From Eledone cirrhosa (Eukaryota): a stretch of DNA of 64,000 bases. A program made the translations under genes and the position numbers. Positions within the stretch are counted from its first letter, which is position 1, and each line of letters opens with the position of its first letter. The stretch covers positions 222,518,001 to 222,582,000 of the forward strand of contig OZ024743.1 of the NCBI GenBank assembly GCA_964016885.1, in the 5' to 3' direction. This document shows, in pieces, positions 52,330 through 64,000 of this stretch. The notes below the pieces were generated by a model. That model was not told where the DNA came from, searched no databases, and saw nothing but the letters and a program-made list of their open reading frames with translations.

Positions 52330-54065
52330 TTGTGGTGGTTCTAGTGCTATGGTGGTAGTAGTATAGTGGTGGTGTGGTTGTAGTATCTGTGGTTGAAGTG
52401 TTATGGTGGTAGTGGTGGCTTGGTTGTAGTAGTATGGTGGTGGTGGTTGTAGTAGTTTGATAGTAGCTGTGGTTGAAGTGGTATGATGGTGGTGGTGGTG
52501 GCATGGTTGTAGTGCTATGGTGGTAGTGGTGGTGGTTGAAGTGGTATGATGGTGGTGGTGGTGGTATGGTTGTAGTGCTATGGTGGTAGTGGTGGTGGTT
52601 GTAGTGCTATGGTGGTAACTGTAATGATGTGTGTAATGGCCGTAGTACTGAACTGGTAGTTGTAGTAGTAGGGTATTGATTTTGTTGTGATGGTTCTAGT
52701 GGTATGGTGGTAGCTATGGTTGAAGTGGTATCTTTCTGGTTGTAGTAGTGTGGTGGTGGTGGTGGTGGTGGCGATAGTAGTAGTTGTAGTGGTTGTAATG
52801 ATATGGTGGTGGTCGATGTAATGGTATGGTGGTAGGGTGGTAGTTATAGCCTTGTGGTAGTAGTATGGCAGTGGTGGATGTAATGATATGGTGGCAGTAG
52901 ATGTAGTGGTGTGGTGGTAGTTGTAGTGGTGTGGTAGTAGTCATAGCAATGTATTGATTTTGTTGTGGTGGTAGTGGTGTGGTGATGGTGGTAGTTGCAG
53001 TGCTATGGTGGTAGTTGTAGTGGTGTGGTGGTGGTAGTTGCAGTGTTATGGTGGTAGTTGTAGTGGTGTGGTGGTGGTAGTTGCAGTGCTATGGTGGTGG
53101 TTGTAGTGGTGTGGCGGTAGTGGTAGTGGTGTGGTGGTGGTAGTTGTAGTGGTGTTGTGGTGGTAGTTGTAGTGGTGTGGTGGTGGTAGTTGTAGTGTTG
53201 GTGGTGGTAGTTGTAGTGTTGGTGGTGGTAGTAGTTGCAGTGCTATGGTGGTGGTTGTGGTGGTGCTGGTAGTTGTAGTGGTGTGCTAGGGGTAGTTGTA
53301 GTGGTTGTGGTGGCGATGATGGTGGTGGTAGTTGTAGTGCTTTGGTGGTGGTTGTAGTAATGTGGTGGTGGTAGTGGTAGTGTGGTAGTGGTGGTAGTTG
53401 TAGTGATGTGGTGGTGGCAGTTGTAGTGATGTGGTGGTGGCAGTTGTAGTGATGTGGTGGTGGTAGTGGTAGTGGTGTGGTAGTGGTAGTTGTAGTGGTA
53501 GTGGTGGTGGTGGTAGTTGTAGTGCTATGGTGGTGGTGGTGGTGGTGGTGGTGGTGGTAGTGGTGTGGTGGTGGTAGTTGTAGTGATGTGGTGGTGGTGG
53601 TGGTGGTAGTTGTAGTGGTGTGATGGTGGTGGTTGTTGTAGTGCTATGGTGGTGATTGTAATTATAGTGGTGTAGTGTGGTTGTTGTAGGAGTCTGGTTG
53701 TGGTGGTGGTGGTGGTTCTAGTGGTATGGTGGTGGTTGTAGTAGTCTGGTTGTAGTGGTGTGGTGGTGGTGGTGGTGGTTATAGTGGTGTGGTGGTGGTG
53801 GTGGTTATAGTGGTGTGGTGGTGGTGGTGGTACTGGTGTGATAATGGTGGTGGTGGTTGTGCTATGGTAGTAGTGATTGTAGAGATGTGGTGGTGGTGGT
53901 GGTGGTACAGGTGTGATAATGGTGGTTGTAGTGGTTGTAGTGGTGTGGTGGTTGTGCTATGGTGGTGGTGGTTGTAGTGGTACAGTGATGGTAGGTGTAG
54001 TGCTGTGATGGTGGTGGTGTGGTAGTGGTTGTAGTGATGTAATGGTAACTGTAAATGGTATGGTG
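52330..54065. repeat. (GGT/GTA)-rich low-complexity field
   Basis: Direct. Confidence 0.95.
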
Positions 54066-54144
54066 GCATCTTTAGACTATAGAAGTGTAGTGGTAGTTAT
54101 CTTCATTGGAGCTACATTTTACCATAGACAAAAGCATAGGACAT

Positions 54145-54615
54145 CTCCCCCACCACCTCCACCATCAGCACCACCACACCATCACCACTTCCACCACCAC
54201 ACCATCACCACTTCCACCACCCCACCATTATCACTACCAACATCATTAAGACTACCACCACCACCCCACCATTACCACCACCACCATCAACAACACCATC
54301 ACTAACACTCCACCATCACCACTTCCACCACCCCACCATTACCACCACCACCATCACCATCAACAATACCATCACTAACACCCTACCACCATCACCACTT
54401 CCACCACCCCCACCATTACCACTACCATCAACAACACCATCACTAACACCCAACCACCTCCACCATCACTAACACTCGACCACCACCACCATCACTACCA
54501 CCATCAACAACACCATCCCTAATACCCGACCACCACCATCAACAACACCAGTCCACCACCACAATCACCACTATTACCACCACCACCATACCACCACCCT
54601 CCACCACCAACAACA
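54145..54615. repeat. (CCA)-rich low-complexity field
   Basis: Direct. Confidence 0.95.
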
Positions 54616-54831
54616 TTTTCTATAGCATCAAGTGAGCATATAATACCAGAGATGAAGACAAGAAGGAATGGTAGGGTGTAAAGGAGGAAATGGTTCTAAT
54701 GGAATGACATCAAATAAATTGGATATAGATAAGTATTTGAATGAATTGAATTGCTGGAACTGACTAAACCTATCAAGTTCACTACATGAAGTTTAATTAA
54801 CTCTTAACGGCCTGTACCGCATCAAACCACA

Positions 54832-55060
54832 TTAATCCTTTAGCATTTACATTACTCTATATATGCTATTGTATTTTTGAGGTAAAGGCTTTATCTTACA
54901 TAATTATCTCACATAATATTGAATCCACAAGATTTTGATGTTATTTATTTTGAGAACAATACCTTAACGTCAGTATGAGCTGCCAGTTACAGCTGGTTTG
55001 AATAGATAGAGATGAGAGAGTTCTGGCTGGATACAGTGGGTTTAAATGCTAAAGGGTTAA
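54832..55060 (-). mobile_element. piggyBac-type MITE family 1
   Basis: TTAA ends and TIRs. Confidence 0.88.
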
Positions 55061-55254
55061 GCAAGACATTCTTGAAAACTACAAAACGGCGCTATGTCTG
55101 CATCACATTAAAAATTAAAGTCTTTACTTTAATTTAAACTGTAAATTTTTGCAATGATACTATAAACATTTGAATTAACAAATCCATTTTTAAATATTTT
55201 CCTAGAAAGTGAAGAGTTAACACTTTAGTTAATTTATTTTTAATGAAATCTTTA

Positions 55255-57213
55255 TCTTTATATATATAAAAGCGAGGATGTGTGTGTGTCTGTGTACAAC
55301 TTTGGGTACCTAAGGCTTTTACAATTACCAACCAAATGTGATCAAATTTTCTGTGCACGTTGCACAGATCGCTAAGATGGTCACATCACAAAAAATTTTC
55401 AAATCGACCCACGTTGAGCAATAAAAAATCGATATCAAAATTATCGGTAGCAAAATTGATGTAAGGGAGATAACCAACTTTATTGACAATCCTTATAAAA
55501 AAAAGGGAGATAACCAACTTTATTGACAATCCTTATAAAGAGAGACCTTCGTTTTCAATTTTAAAACAACAATCATTGTCGGACGAAATTTCAGAAATAT
55601 AAACATCAGATTCATTTGAAGATAAATCACTAATAATATTGTTTGTTTCTTGTTTATTCTTTGTTGCACTTTCAAAGTAAAAAAACACTTGCTGTTTTAA
55701 CTTGTTTCACTATATTAAGTGTTAATTTTCGCGTTAAGGGCCTAATTTCGCAGCAGTCTCAAATTGACGAGATTTTGATGATGGTGTGTTTATTTTTAGA
55801 ACAATCGTTATGGGACTTTCCATTCAAACTATTGGGACCTACAACTTTTACATTTTTAAAACTTTCATAAGCCATGTTGATACAAAAAAAATTTGTTGCA
55901 CTTTCAAAGTTAAAAAAACACTTGTTTTAACTAGTTTCACTATATTAAGTGTTAATTTTCGCGGTAAGGGCCTAATCTCGCAGCAGTCTCGAATTGACGA
56001 GATTTTGATGATGGTTTGTTTATTTTTAGAACAATCGTTATGGGACTTTCCATTCAAACTATTGGGACCTACAACTTTTACATTTTTAAAGTAATTTCGT
56101 CCACATTTGAGGCAGGCATTATCTATGCTTCCAGCTGTATTCGTACACATCAAACTTTTTTGACAATGAAGGAACATACTGAACAGGATTCTTCCTGGAT
56201 GTCCACGGATATATAAATCTCTCGATAATGTATGTGATCCACAGGATGCGGACAACTATCCAGTTGAATTTCTAAATTCTTTAAATCCTCCCGGTTTACC
56301 TCCTAATACATTGGTTCTGAAAGAGGGAACACCAGTTATTTTGCTGAGAAATATCACTCCTCCAAAACTATGCAATGGTACATGCCTTGTGGTTAAAAAA
56401 CTGTCTCCACTTAGTATTGACGCTACCATTCTATCCGGATGTGGAAAAGGCGAGGATGTGATAATAACAAAAATTAGCCTGACTACATCAGGCGTGGATA
56501 CTCGCTTCTCCTTTCGCCGAACCCCATTTCCCCTTCGTGTTGCCTTTGCGATGTCCATAAACAAGTCGCAAGGTCAAACTCTGTCCGTCACTGGAATTCA
56601 CTTGGATGAACCTTGCTTTTCGCAAGGACAATTCTACGTTGCCTGCTCACGAGTTGGCAGTCAAGATAATCTCTTTGCGTTTGTTCCGAAAAGAAAAACA
56701 AAGAATATCGTCTATCCTGAAGTGCTTTAGTGTTAACAAAAAAACTTATTACAGCTCTGCCTTGATTTCACCTTACTCATTACAAAACATACCAATGAAT
56801 ATGTCATGCAGGATATTTTGGATTATAAGTTCAAAATTTAACCATACACAGCAAAGGATACTCTCAAAGAATAGATTTTCTCTTATTCTACTCTCATTGT
56901 TTTTTTTTGTTTGTATACAACTCTGCTTTCATTACAACTTTTTGTACTTTAGCAAAACTGCCTGTTTTTTTAAAGATTTGCAACGTGTATTGTCTTTAAT
57001 CATTTGTATAACTACATCCTGTTCAGTGTTTTCCTTCATTATCAACATAGTTTTATGTGTACAAAGATTGCACTAAATATTCGTTTGCATTAATTATTGA
57101 AGACTTCTGCTTATTTTGACAGGTTGGGGACAAATAATGTTCTTCTTTTACTTCCTAGCTGTATATTCTTAGCATAATTTCAAACCCCGAGCAACGCCGG
57201 GTAAATTTGCTAG
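55255..57213 (+). mobile_element. Non-autonomous Helitron with both termini
   Basis: 5' A|TCTTTATATATATAAAAG; 3' hairpin cccg-agcaacgc-cggg then CTAG|T; internal PIF1 helicase fragment. Confidence 0.9.
56170..56730 (+). pseudogene. C-terminal fragment of Helitron PIF1-family (SF1B) helicase, open frame but no N-terminus
   Basis: YPVEFLNSLNPPGLP, ILLRNI..LCNGT, FPLRVAFAMSINKSQGQTL, FSQGQFYVACSRV, TKNIVYPEVL*. Confidence 0.93.
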
Positions 57214-58324
57214 TATACTATATTTGAATAAACACCTAACATTCTGTAATGCTTTAGCAAAACATATCAACAAACAGATTTCTTAATTCAGATGTTTATA
57301 GTATTGTTACTAGCAAACAGATCATTGTGAAAATGTGCAGTATTAGAATAAAGACTTTAATATTTAATGTGATGCAGTCATAATGTTATTTTGTACTTTT
57401 CAAGAATATCTTGTTAATGTGGTTTCATGTGGTTTGGTAATTTATAGTATCATTAATAGTGGGCAAACCATTGTGAACATTTGCAATATTAGAATAAAAA
57501 CTTAAATATTTAATGTGATGCAGTCAATGATATTTTGTACTTTTCAAGAATATCTCTTTAATGTGGTTTAGTACATGACATTAAAAATAATTTAATGAAG
57601 AATTTGAAGGGATTTACTAAAATTATTAATTATTTAATTATTAAGGCGATACTTGTAATAACTTAATAAAAGGATTTTATATAAAATTATGTTGGAAGAT
57701 TTTAATTTAAATAGGACCTTGAAAATGGGTGGTTTTGTTTCACGGAACCAGAGGTGGTTTGGGATTGATCAGCATCAAAAGGTTTAAACTACTCAGAGTG
57801 CAGGTATAGATGTGTAGTTAGAAGTTCATTTCACAACTACATGGTTTTGAGTTTGATCCTACTGTATGGCACATTGAAGGTATGTGGTCAGGATATGGAA
57901 CCCACAACCATAAGGTTGTGGGTTCAATTCCTGGACTAGGCAATGCATTGAATTCTTCAGCACAAAGCTTAATTTTCACATTGCTTTTCATGACAGGACT
58001 GGGGCCACTATCATTAAAACACTTGAGAAACTTCCTATGATATGCAACCTCCTAGGAGATCAGCTAAACCTACATAAGTGTGAGCTGTAAATTTCATTTT
58101 TCTTTTATTTTTATGACACCTTAGGCAATGTTTTCTACCATAACTTCAGGTTGACCAATACCTCATGATTTTGGTGGGATTTGAACTCAGAATGCAGAGA
58201 ACTGAAATGAATAATACAAAGCATTCTATTTGAACTTCTAATGACTGTTAATTTGCCACCCCCATTTAATAAATAGATATGTATAAAATGAGTCCCAGGG
58301 TACTTAGGATCAATATAAATTATT

Positions 58325-58423
58325 AAAACCCCTTAAAAGCCATGTCCCACTCCTGTTTAAAAACCCTTGAAAACAATGTCCCACTCCTGCTTATAAACCT
58401 TTGAAAACAATGTCCCACTCCTG
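58325..58423. repeat. ~31-bp tandem triplication
   Basis: aaaacccttgaaaacaatgtcccactcctg x3. Confidence 0.85.
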
Positions 58424-58709
58424 TGAATGAAACCAATAAAAGAATAAAATATAGGAGATGAACAGACTATCGCCATGGGTGTCTCAACTTCTCTTCAATC
58501 TAATACCCAATCTTTTTAGACTATTAACCCCTTTTTATTCTCCTTAAACCCTCACCGACCCAGTCATGTACAAAAATATATAAACAAATAAATCAGTAAA
58601 TAGAATATAAAATAAATAGACAATAATGACAAATTATATATAAGAAACCTGGATATAAACAAATTGTATTTATACCAACACATTTTTTCTATCATGTATA
58701 TATATACCA

Positions 58710-58915
58710 GTTGATTGGCAGTAATTGGTAGAGTGTTGAACAACAGGCTTTGTGGCATATAGTTATGGCTCTGAGTTCAAATCCCGCTGAGGTCAGCTTT
58801 GCTTTACATCCTTACAGGGTCAATAAAATAAGTACCAGTAGCACACTGGGGTCAATTTAATCAACTTTCTCCACCCCAAAAATTATTGGCCTTGTGCCGA
58901 AATCAGAAACCATTA
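58710..58915 (+). mobile_element. Older SINE A variant
   Basis: B box gagttcaaatccc, central domain; similar copy 46800-46952. Confidence 0.8.
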
Positions 58916-59749
58916 TTTTGTGTATATTCTTATAGAAATATCAATTTGGTGTCCAAAAGTTTAATCAATCATCTGAGTAGACCAATTGACCTATTTGGGG
59001 AACCCCTGGTCTTCAGTAGAAATATGATGATGAAAAACTTCATTAAACAAATTCAACATTGAAATAAATTTCATACGACAGAGGAAATGAGAAGTTTAAT
59101 GTTTTGGGCAGAAGTTTTCAATGAAGAGAGAAAATATGTCAACTAATTTGGAAGAATAAATAATTTGAAAGTAGTGAGAGAGAAGAGGAAAAGATTATTA
59201 TCACCATGACTTACACACAGCCAACTAGAGAGCATCTATGTGGTTGTTCAGCCTACTAGAAACTTTAGCTAAACTGAGGGCCAGTACTTCCATTAAAACT
59301 AACTAGACAGCTGTCTGGGATACAGACTTCAGAGAGGTGCATTACTGAACCTTTAAAAATTATGGTTTTATACAAATATATATAATTAAATGAAATATAC
59401 AATTTCCTGCTATCAGTAAATAAATTGCTAAACATTACTGCATTGTAGAAATATCCAAAGTGGTGGAGAGGGCTGTATGGCATTATGACATCTCCCATAA
59501 TTTGTTTGACATAGGGGAATGTGGAGTGAGTAGGATGGAAATATAAGCTTAGTAATTTTCTTTGTGCAAGACGAGTCAAAAACTAGGTTTGTCAGCTTAC
59601 TAAACTGTAAGTTGAAATTATTTTATTGTAGAACTAGTCTAGAGCTCTAAGCACCCAGATGCCAGCTCTGAGCAAACTTCTCTCAAATCATCCCCTATCT
59701 GTCATAAAAATTGACATTCTAGATATTGTAGACCAAGATAAACTTTTCC

Positions 59750-59968
59750 TTAACCCTTTAGCATTTACATTACTCTATATTAACTATTGTATTTTCACAT
59801 TAAACACATAATAACCTCACATAATATCGAATCTATGAGATTTTAATATTATATATTTTGAGAACAATACCTTAACATAATTGTAAGCAGCCAGTTATGG
59901 CCGGTTTGAACAGAAAGAGGTGAGAGAATTCTGGCTGGATACGACTGGTTTAAATGCTAAAGGGTTAA
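59750..59968 (-). mobile_element. piggyBac-type MITE family 1
   Basis: Perfect TIRs and TTAA. Confidence 0.9.
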
Positions 59969-60136
59969 AAGAAGAGATGATAAAGGTTAGAATGCCTTTG
60001 AGTGTACACCTGTCTTATCAAGACTAAACTGTGGCTTAACAACAACTTACAGTATTCTGCTTTCTGATTTTGAATTATACCACAGTCAACTCTGCCTCTT
60101 ATTATCCTAGGGTTGATCAAATGAATGCTTAGTATA

Positions 60137-60332
60137 CAAGGGCCAGCTGAAAATTTCATAGACTGACTATGAAGGTATGATGCTAGAACTGTGAAATCTT
60201 GCATCCATTAATTTTAACTGTTATTAATAACTGCAATGTTTCTTTCTGGCAACTATGGTGAAAAATAAACATTATTTGGTCCATTCCATGAGAGTATCTT
60301 GGTCAGCCTATGAACTTTTCAGCCAACACTCA
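60137..60332. mobile_element. Mariner-type MITE
   Basis: TA-caagggccagctgaaaatttcatagactgac ... gtcagcctatgaacttttcagcc. Confidence 0.8.
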
Positions 60333-60399
60333 TATAATGCAATGAAATATACAGCCCACACATAGACGGGTTTAGCTGACCTCATATGAGGTTGTATCT

Positions 60400-61380
60400 C
60401 ATGAATGAGAGCAGTGCAAGCCATGTACAGATGAGCTATCAATAAAGTGAAAGTAGGAAGTGAGTTTAGTGAGGAATTCAAGGTACAGGCAGGATTTCAC
60501 CAAGGTTTGGTCTGCAGCCCACTGCCATTCATTATAGTTCTCCAAGCCATAACAGAGGAGTTTAAAACTGGCTGTCCATGGGAACTTCTCTATGTAGATG
60601 TCTGGTCCTTATAGCTAAATCCATAAAAGAACTAGAGAATAAATTCCAACTATGAAAATAGAATTTGGAATCAAAAGGGCTGAGAGTAAACTTAGCCAAA
60701 ACTAAAGATCTAGTTAGTAGGAAAGAAGATAAGACCCTAATTCCTTCAGGTAAGTGGCCCTGCACAATATGTAGAAAACTCTATATGATGTACACAATGT
60801 AAATCATGGGTACACAAGAGATGTAGAGGGTTATCAGACTAACAGGAAGGGAAGACTTTGTATGTAGAAAATACACAGGGGTAACAAAGGAGAAGAGTGT
60901 CAGTGATGTAAACCTTTCCTAATCACATGAAGGATCCATAGTAGTGGTTAATAGCTTCTACTATCTAGGTGACCTAATTAACAGCAGAGGAGGGTGTCCT
61001 GAAAGCATAGTAGCTAGTATAAGGATAGAATGGAAGATGTTTACAGAACTACTCCCATTGTTGATAATGAAAAGGTTTCTCCCTACGTACAAAAGGATGA
61101 CTTTATGATGCCTGTGGATGGAGTGAGATGCTGCATGTTAGTGAAACATGAACAGTAACTGCAGAGGACATGCATAGACTGGAGAGAAATGAAGCAGCTA
61201 GGCTTCATTGGGTGTGCAATGTAAATGTGAGAGAAAGGCAGAGTTTGGATGAACTGGGTCTAAGAGGAATCCGAAGTGGTGTGCAAGAGAGAAGACTGCA
61301 TTGGTATGGTCATGTGATGCGGATGGATAATAATTGGTAGGTGAAGAAATGCCAGGAAATCCCAATAGAAGGAAGCCACA
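60400..61380 (+). mobile_element. Decayed RTE LINE (RT C-terminal half, PHD-like finger, thumb)
   Basis: AVQAMY, GFHQG..SP, EEFKTGCPWELLY.D, GKWPCTIC, WVHKRC, SFYYLGD, LHWYGHV; many stops. Confidence 0.88.
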
Positions 61381-61503
61381 GTTAACCAAAAGAATCAATA
61401 TTACCAATTAGTAATATTTTCAAGCTCAATGTGTTTATCTAATTATAGATAGAAATATAGAAGAGATTTTGTTTAAGAAAAATGTGACAAGAACAGAGCA
61501 TAT

Positions 61504-61547
<44 letters not shown>

Positions 61548-61549
<2 letters not shown>

Positions 61550-61815
61550 TCATCACCATCATCATCATTTAACATCCATTTTCCATGCTAGTATGGGTTA
61601 GATGGGTCGTCCCATTTGAGGTAAGTTGGGTCAGGTGACCGTGTCTTGTTCATAGAGGACTGTTTCAGGCTGGGTTTCTACAGCTGGATGCCCTTCCTAA
61701 TGCCAACCACATTTAAAGTGTCTGCTGGGTGCTTTTTGCCGTGACTCCTACACGACTACTTTACAGTGTGTTGGATGCTTTTTGTCATGAAACCTACAAG
61801 ACCACTTTACAGTAG
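61548..61815 (-). mobile_element. SINE family B
   Basis: Tail plus Nin-like motif. Confidence 0.8.
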
Positions 61816-62033
61816 ATTTTAAAATGACAGAATAGACTTCTTAAATCATTTAATAACCTTATAAATATTTCAAAATAAGTTATCTAATTAATGTTTATGT
61901 TATAACAATTTAGTAAAAAAAATGCTATAACTCAAGCATTAGTTGAATAACTTATATTGAGACACTTGTAAGATTATTGAATAATTTAAGAAATCTACTG
62001 TATCATTTTAAATATATATATATATATATATAT

Positions 62034-62204
62034 AAATGAAGTATTTCCGTCAGAAAGCTACAGGAAAAAGAGTGCTCTATGTAGGCTACAGAGCTTATTA
62101 GTTATGTAATAAAGAACATAAGATAATTATTTCATTTACCAGTGGTTTCTTGAATTCAAGAAACCACTGGTAAATGAAATAATTATCTTATGTTGTTTAT
62201 TACA

Positions 62205-62210
<6 letters not shown>
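62034..62210. other. Tail plus 112-bp near-perfect palindrome in (TA)n
   Basis: Arms 62099-62154 and 62155-62210, one mismatch, no spacer. Confidence 0.9.
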
Positions 62211-62236
<26 letters not shown>

Positions 62237-62241
<5 letters not shown>

Positions 62242-62312
62242 TGTCCCCAAAAAAATGTATACTCACTTCAACAGCATTCTAATTAAGTGAGTATACATTT
62301 TTTGGGACACCC

Positions 62313-62314
<2 letters not shown>
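62237..62314. mobile_element. Tiny Tc1/mariner MITE (TIR-only)
   Basis: cacagtgtcccc..atgtatactcactt / aagtgagtatacat..gggacaccctg. Confidence 0.75.
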
Positions 62315-62353
<39 letters not shown>

Positions 62354-62470
62354 TACAAAAATATTGGATTCTTGTATGCTGTTGACTTTAATAATGCATC
62401 AAGCTTGACACACCTTACCAAAATAGTAGTGGACTATTCCACTCTCATTATCTCTCTCTCTCTCTCTCTT

Positions 62471-62510
<40 letters not shown>

Positions 62511-62512
<2 letters not shown>

Positions 62513-62604
62513 GGGTGTCCCAAAAATGTATCCACACATTCTAATAAATATTGCCTGTATAGGTAATCAAAGTGTGTATACATTTTTTGGGGGGACATCT
62601 TCTG
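62511..62604. mobile_element. Tiny Tc1/mariner MITE, second copy
   Basis: cagggtgtcccaaaaatgtat ... tatacattttttggggggacatcttctg-TA. Confidence 0.7.
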
Positions 62605-62725
62605 TATATATATATACATATATATGTATATATATATATATGTGATATGAATATATATGAATATATATATGTGATATGAATATATATGTATATATATGTG
62701 ATATGAATATATATATACATGAATA

Positions 62726-62758
<33 letters not shown>

Positions 62759-62894
62759 GTGATATGAATATATATGAATATATATATGTGATATGAATAT
62801 ATATGTATATATATATATGTGATATGAATATATATACATGAATATATATGTATATATATATATGTATATATATATATGTTATATGAAGAATACA

Positions 62895-63374
62895 TATATA
62901 TATATAAAGTTGTATTCCTGTCTGTTTGTTTGTTCACAAACTCCTCCTATGATTTTGGAGATAGACCCCCATAACCATATATATTCTGAAACTACATTGC
63001 CCAGGGTACTTGGATAAGTATATTTCAATTTAATGAAAGGTTTCCTCAGAGGCACAAAACCCCCACTGAAAATATTTTCCCTTCGATTTATATGAAATTT
63101 AAACCATAGCTAAATGACAAGATGCCTATTCACAAAATTTTGAATTGATATTTTGAAAAAAATTATTTACAAGAAACAAAATAGGAATAAGATTTAATAA
63201 TGTAATTTTGATTTGATATATTACAAAAAATAATGTTTTCCAATTTTCCATGCATTACATTTTATATTGAGTAATATTGAAATGCAGACTTTTTCTCCAT
63301 AAATTATATCACTGATTTAAAAATCAATCATCATTTTATTACAAAAAAAAATGTGAAACGCAGCAAGGCGCGGG

Positions 63375-63414
<40 letters not shown>

Positions 63415-63417
63415 TAT
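62895..63417 (+). mobile_element. Probable degenerate non-autonomous Helitron
   Basis: tatatatataaag+gtctgtttgtttg 5' style; 3' cgcagcaaggcgcgggta hairpin like that at 57185; terminal CTAG not intact. Confidence 0.55.
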
Positions 63418-63432
63418 ATATATATATATATA

Positions 63433-63622
63433 AAGAAGGTATGGTAAGATACCAGGTAGACCATGATGCACCACAGTACTGGATACTTAGGGTAGTAGAG
63501 TGGGTAATAGGAAAAGAGTTAGGACCCCAACGGCTGAGCTCCGGCCGTTTCGACTCCTGGCTTAGTTTGAATCTATCTGTCGAAATGGCCGGAGCTCAGC
63601 CGTCAGGGTCCTAACTCTTTTC
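63433..63622 (-). mobile_element. Palindrome-plus-tail cassette in (TA)n, relative of 42138-42327
   Basis: 44-bp arms 63511-63554 / 63579-63622; shared tail. Confidence 0.7.
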
Positions 63623-63640
63623 ATATATATATATATATAT

Positions 63641-63888
63641 TTCCTTGAGTAAGACACTTTATTTCACATTGCTCCAGTTTACTCACCTGTAGAAATGAGA
63701 TGATAGGGACTGAGGTCCTTATCATTCCAATGTAAAGTGGACGTGTAGGTGCCACGGCAAAAAAGCACCCAGCACTCACTGTAAATGAGGTTGGTGTTAG
63801 GAAGGGCATCCAGCTGTAGAAATCAAGCCAGAATCAGTTCCCGTCCCACCCTTGCAAGCAGGAAAAAAGCGGACGTAAAATGATAATG
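63641..63888 (+). mobile_element. Mosaic SINE C, 5'-truncated
   Basis: Matches 50235-50569 reverse. Confidence 0.88.
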
Positions 63889-64000
63889 ACAGAGAGAGAG
63901 AGATATGAGAAAGTTTAAAGAAGATATTGCCTTCCTTATATAACTGGCACATTCCAACTATATAACTATTATATCACAATTATAACTATGAACACTACCA

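Noticed and set aside
56311-56730. Host PIF1 helicase gene
   Set aside because: Intronless fragment enclosed by Helitron termini.
57320-57570. ~140-bp local duplication
   Set aside because: Ordinary tandem duplication with no further structure.

Overview
Eukaryotic, AT-rich, extremely repeat-dense DNA. The SINE/RTE-LINE/microsatellite mix looks like an octopus-type (cephalopod) genome; this is inferred from repeat style. I recognise no host-gene exon, and nearly all listed ORFs are microsatellite translations. Supported content: many tRNA-derived SINEs, decayed RTE LINEs (several carrying a PHD-type zinc finger), a restriction-like-endonuclease LINE remnant, an internally deleted DD37D Tc1/mariner element, a complete-ended non-autonomous Helitron with a PIF1 helicase fragment, piggyBac-, hAT- and mariner-type MITEs, and several minisatellites. 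The most interesting signal is a set of short, mutually unrelated, highly structured cassettes sitting in (TA)n tracts. Several share a tail + arm + inverted-arm layout, and some contain type I hammerhead ribozyme folds (best at 16120-16179 minus and 26200-26242 plus). I infer these are Penelope-like or retrozyme-like retroelement remnants that target TA microsatellites. All coordinates and alignments were read by eye.
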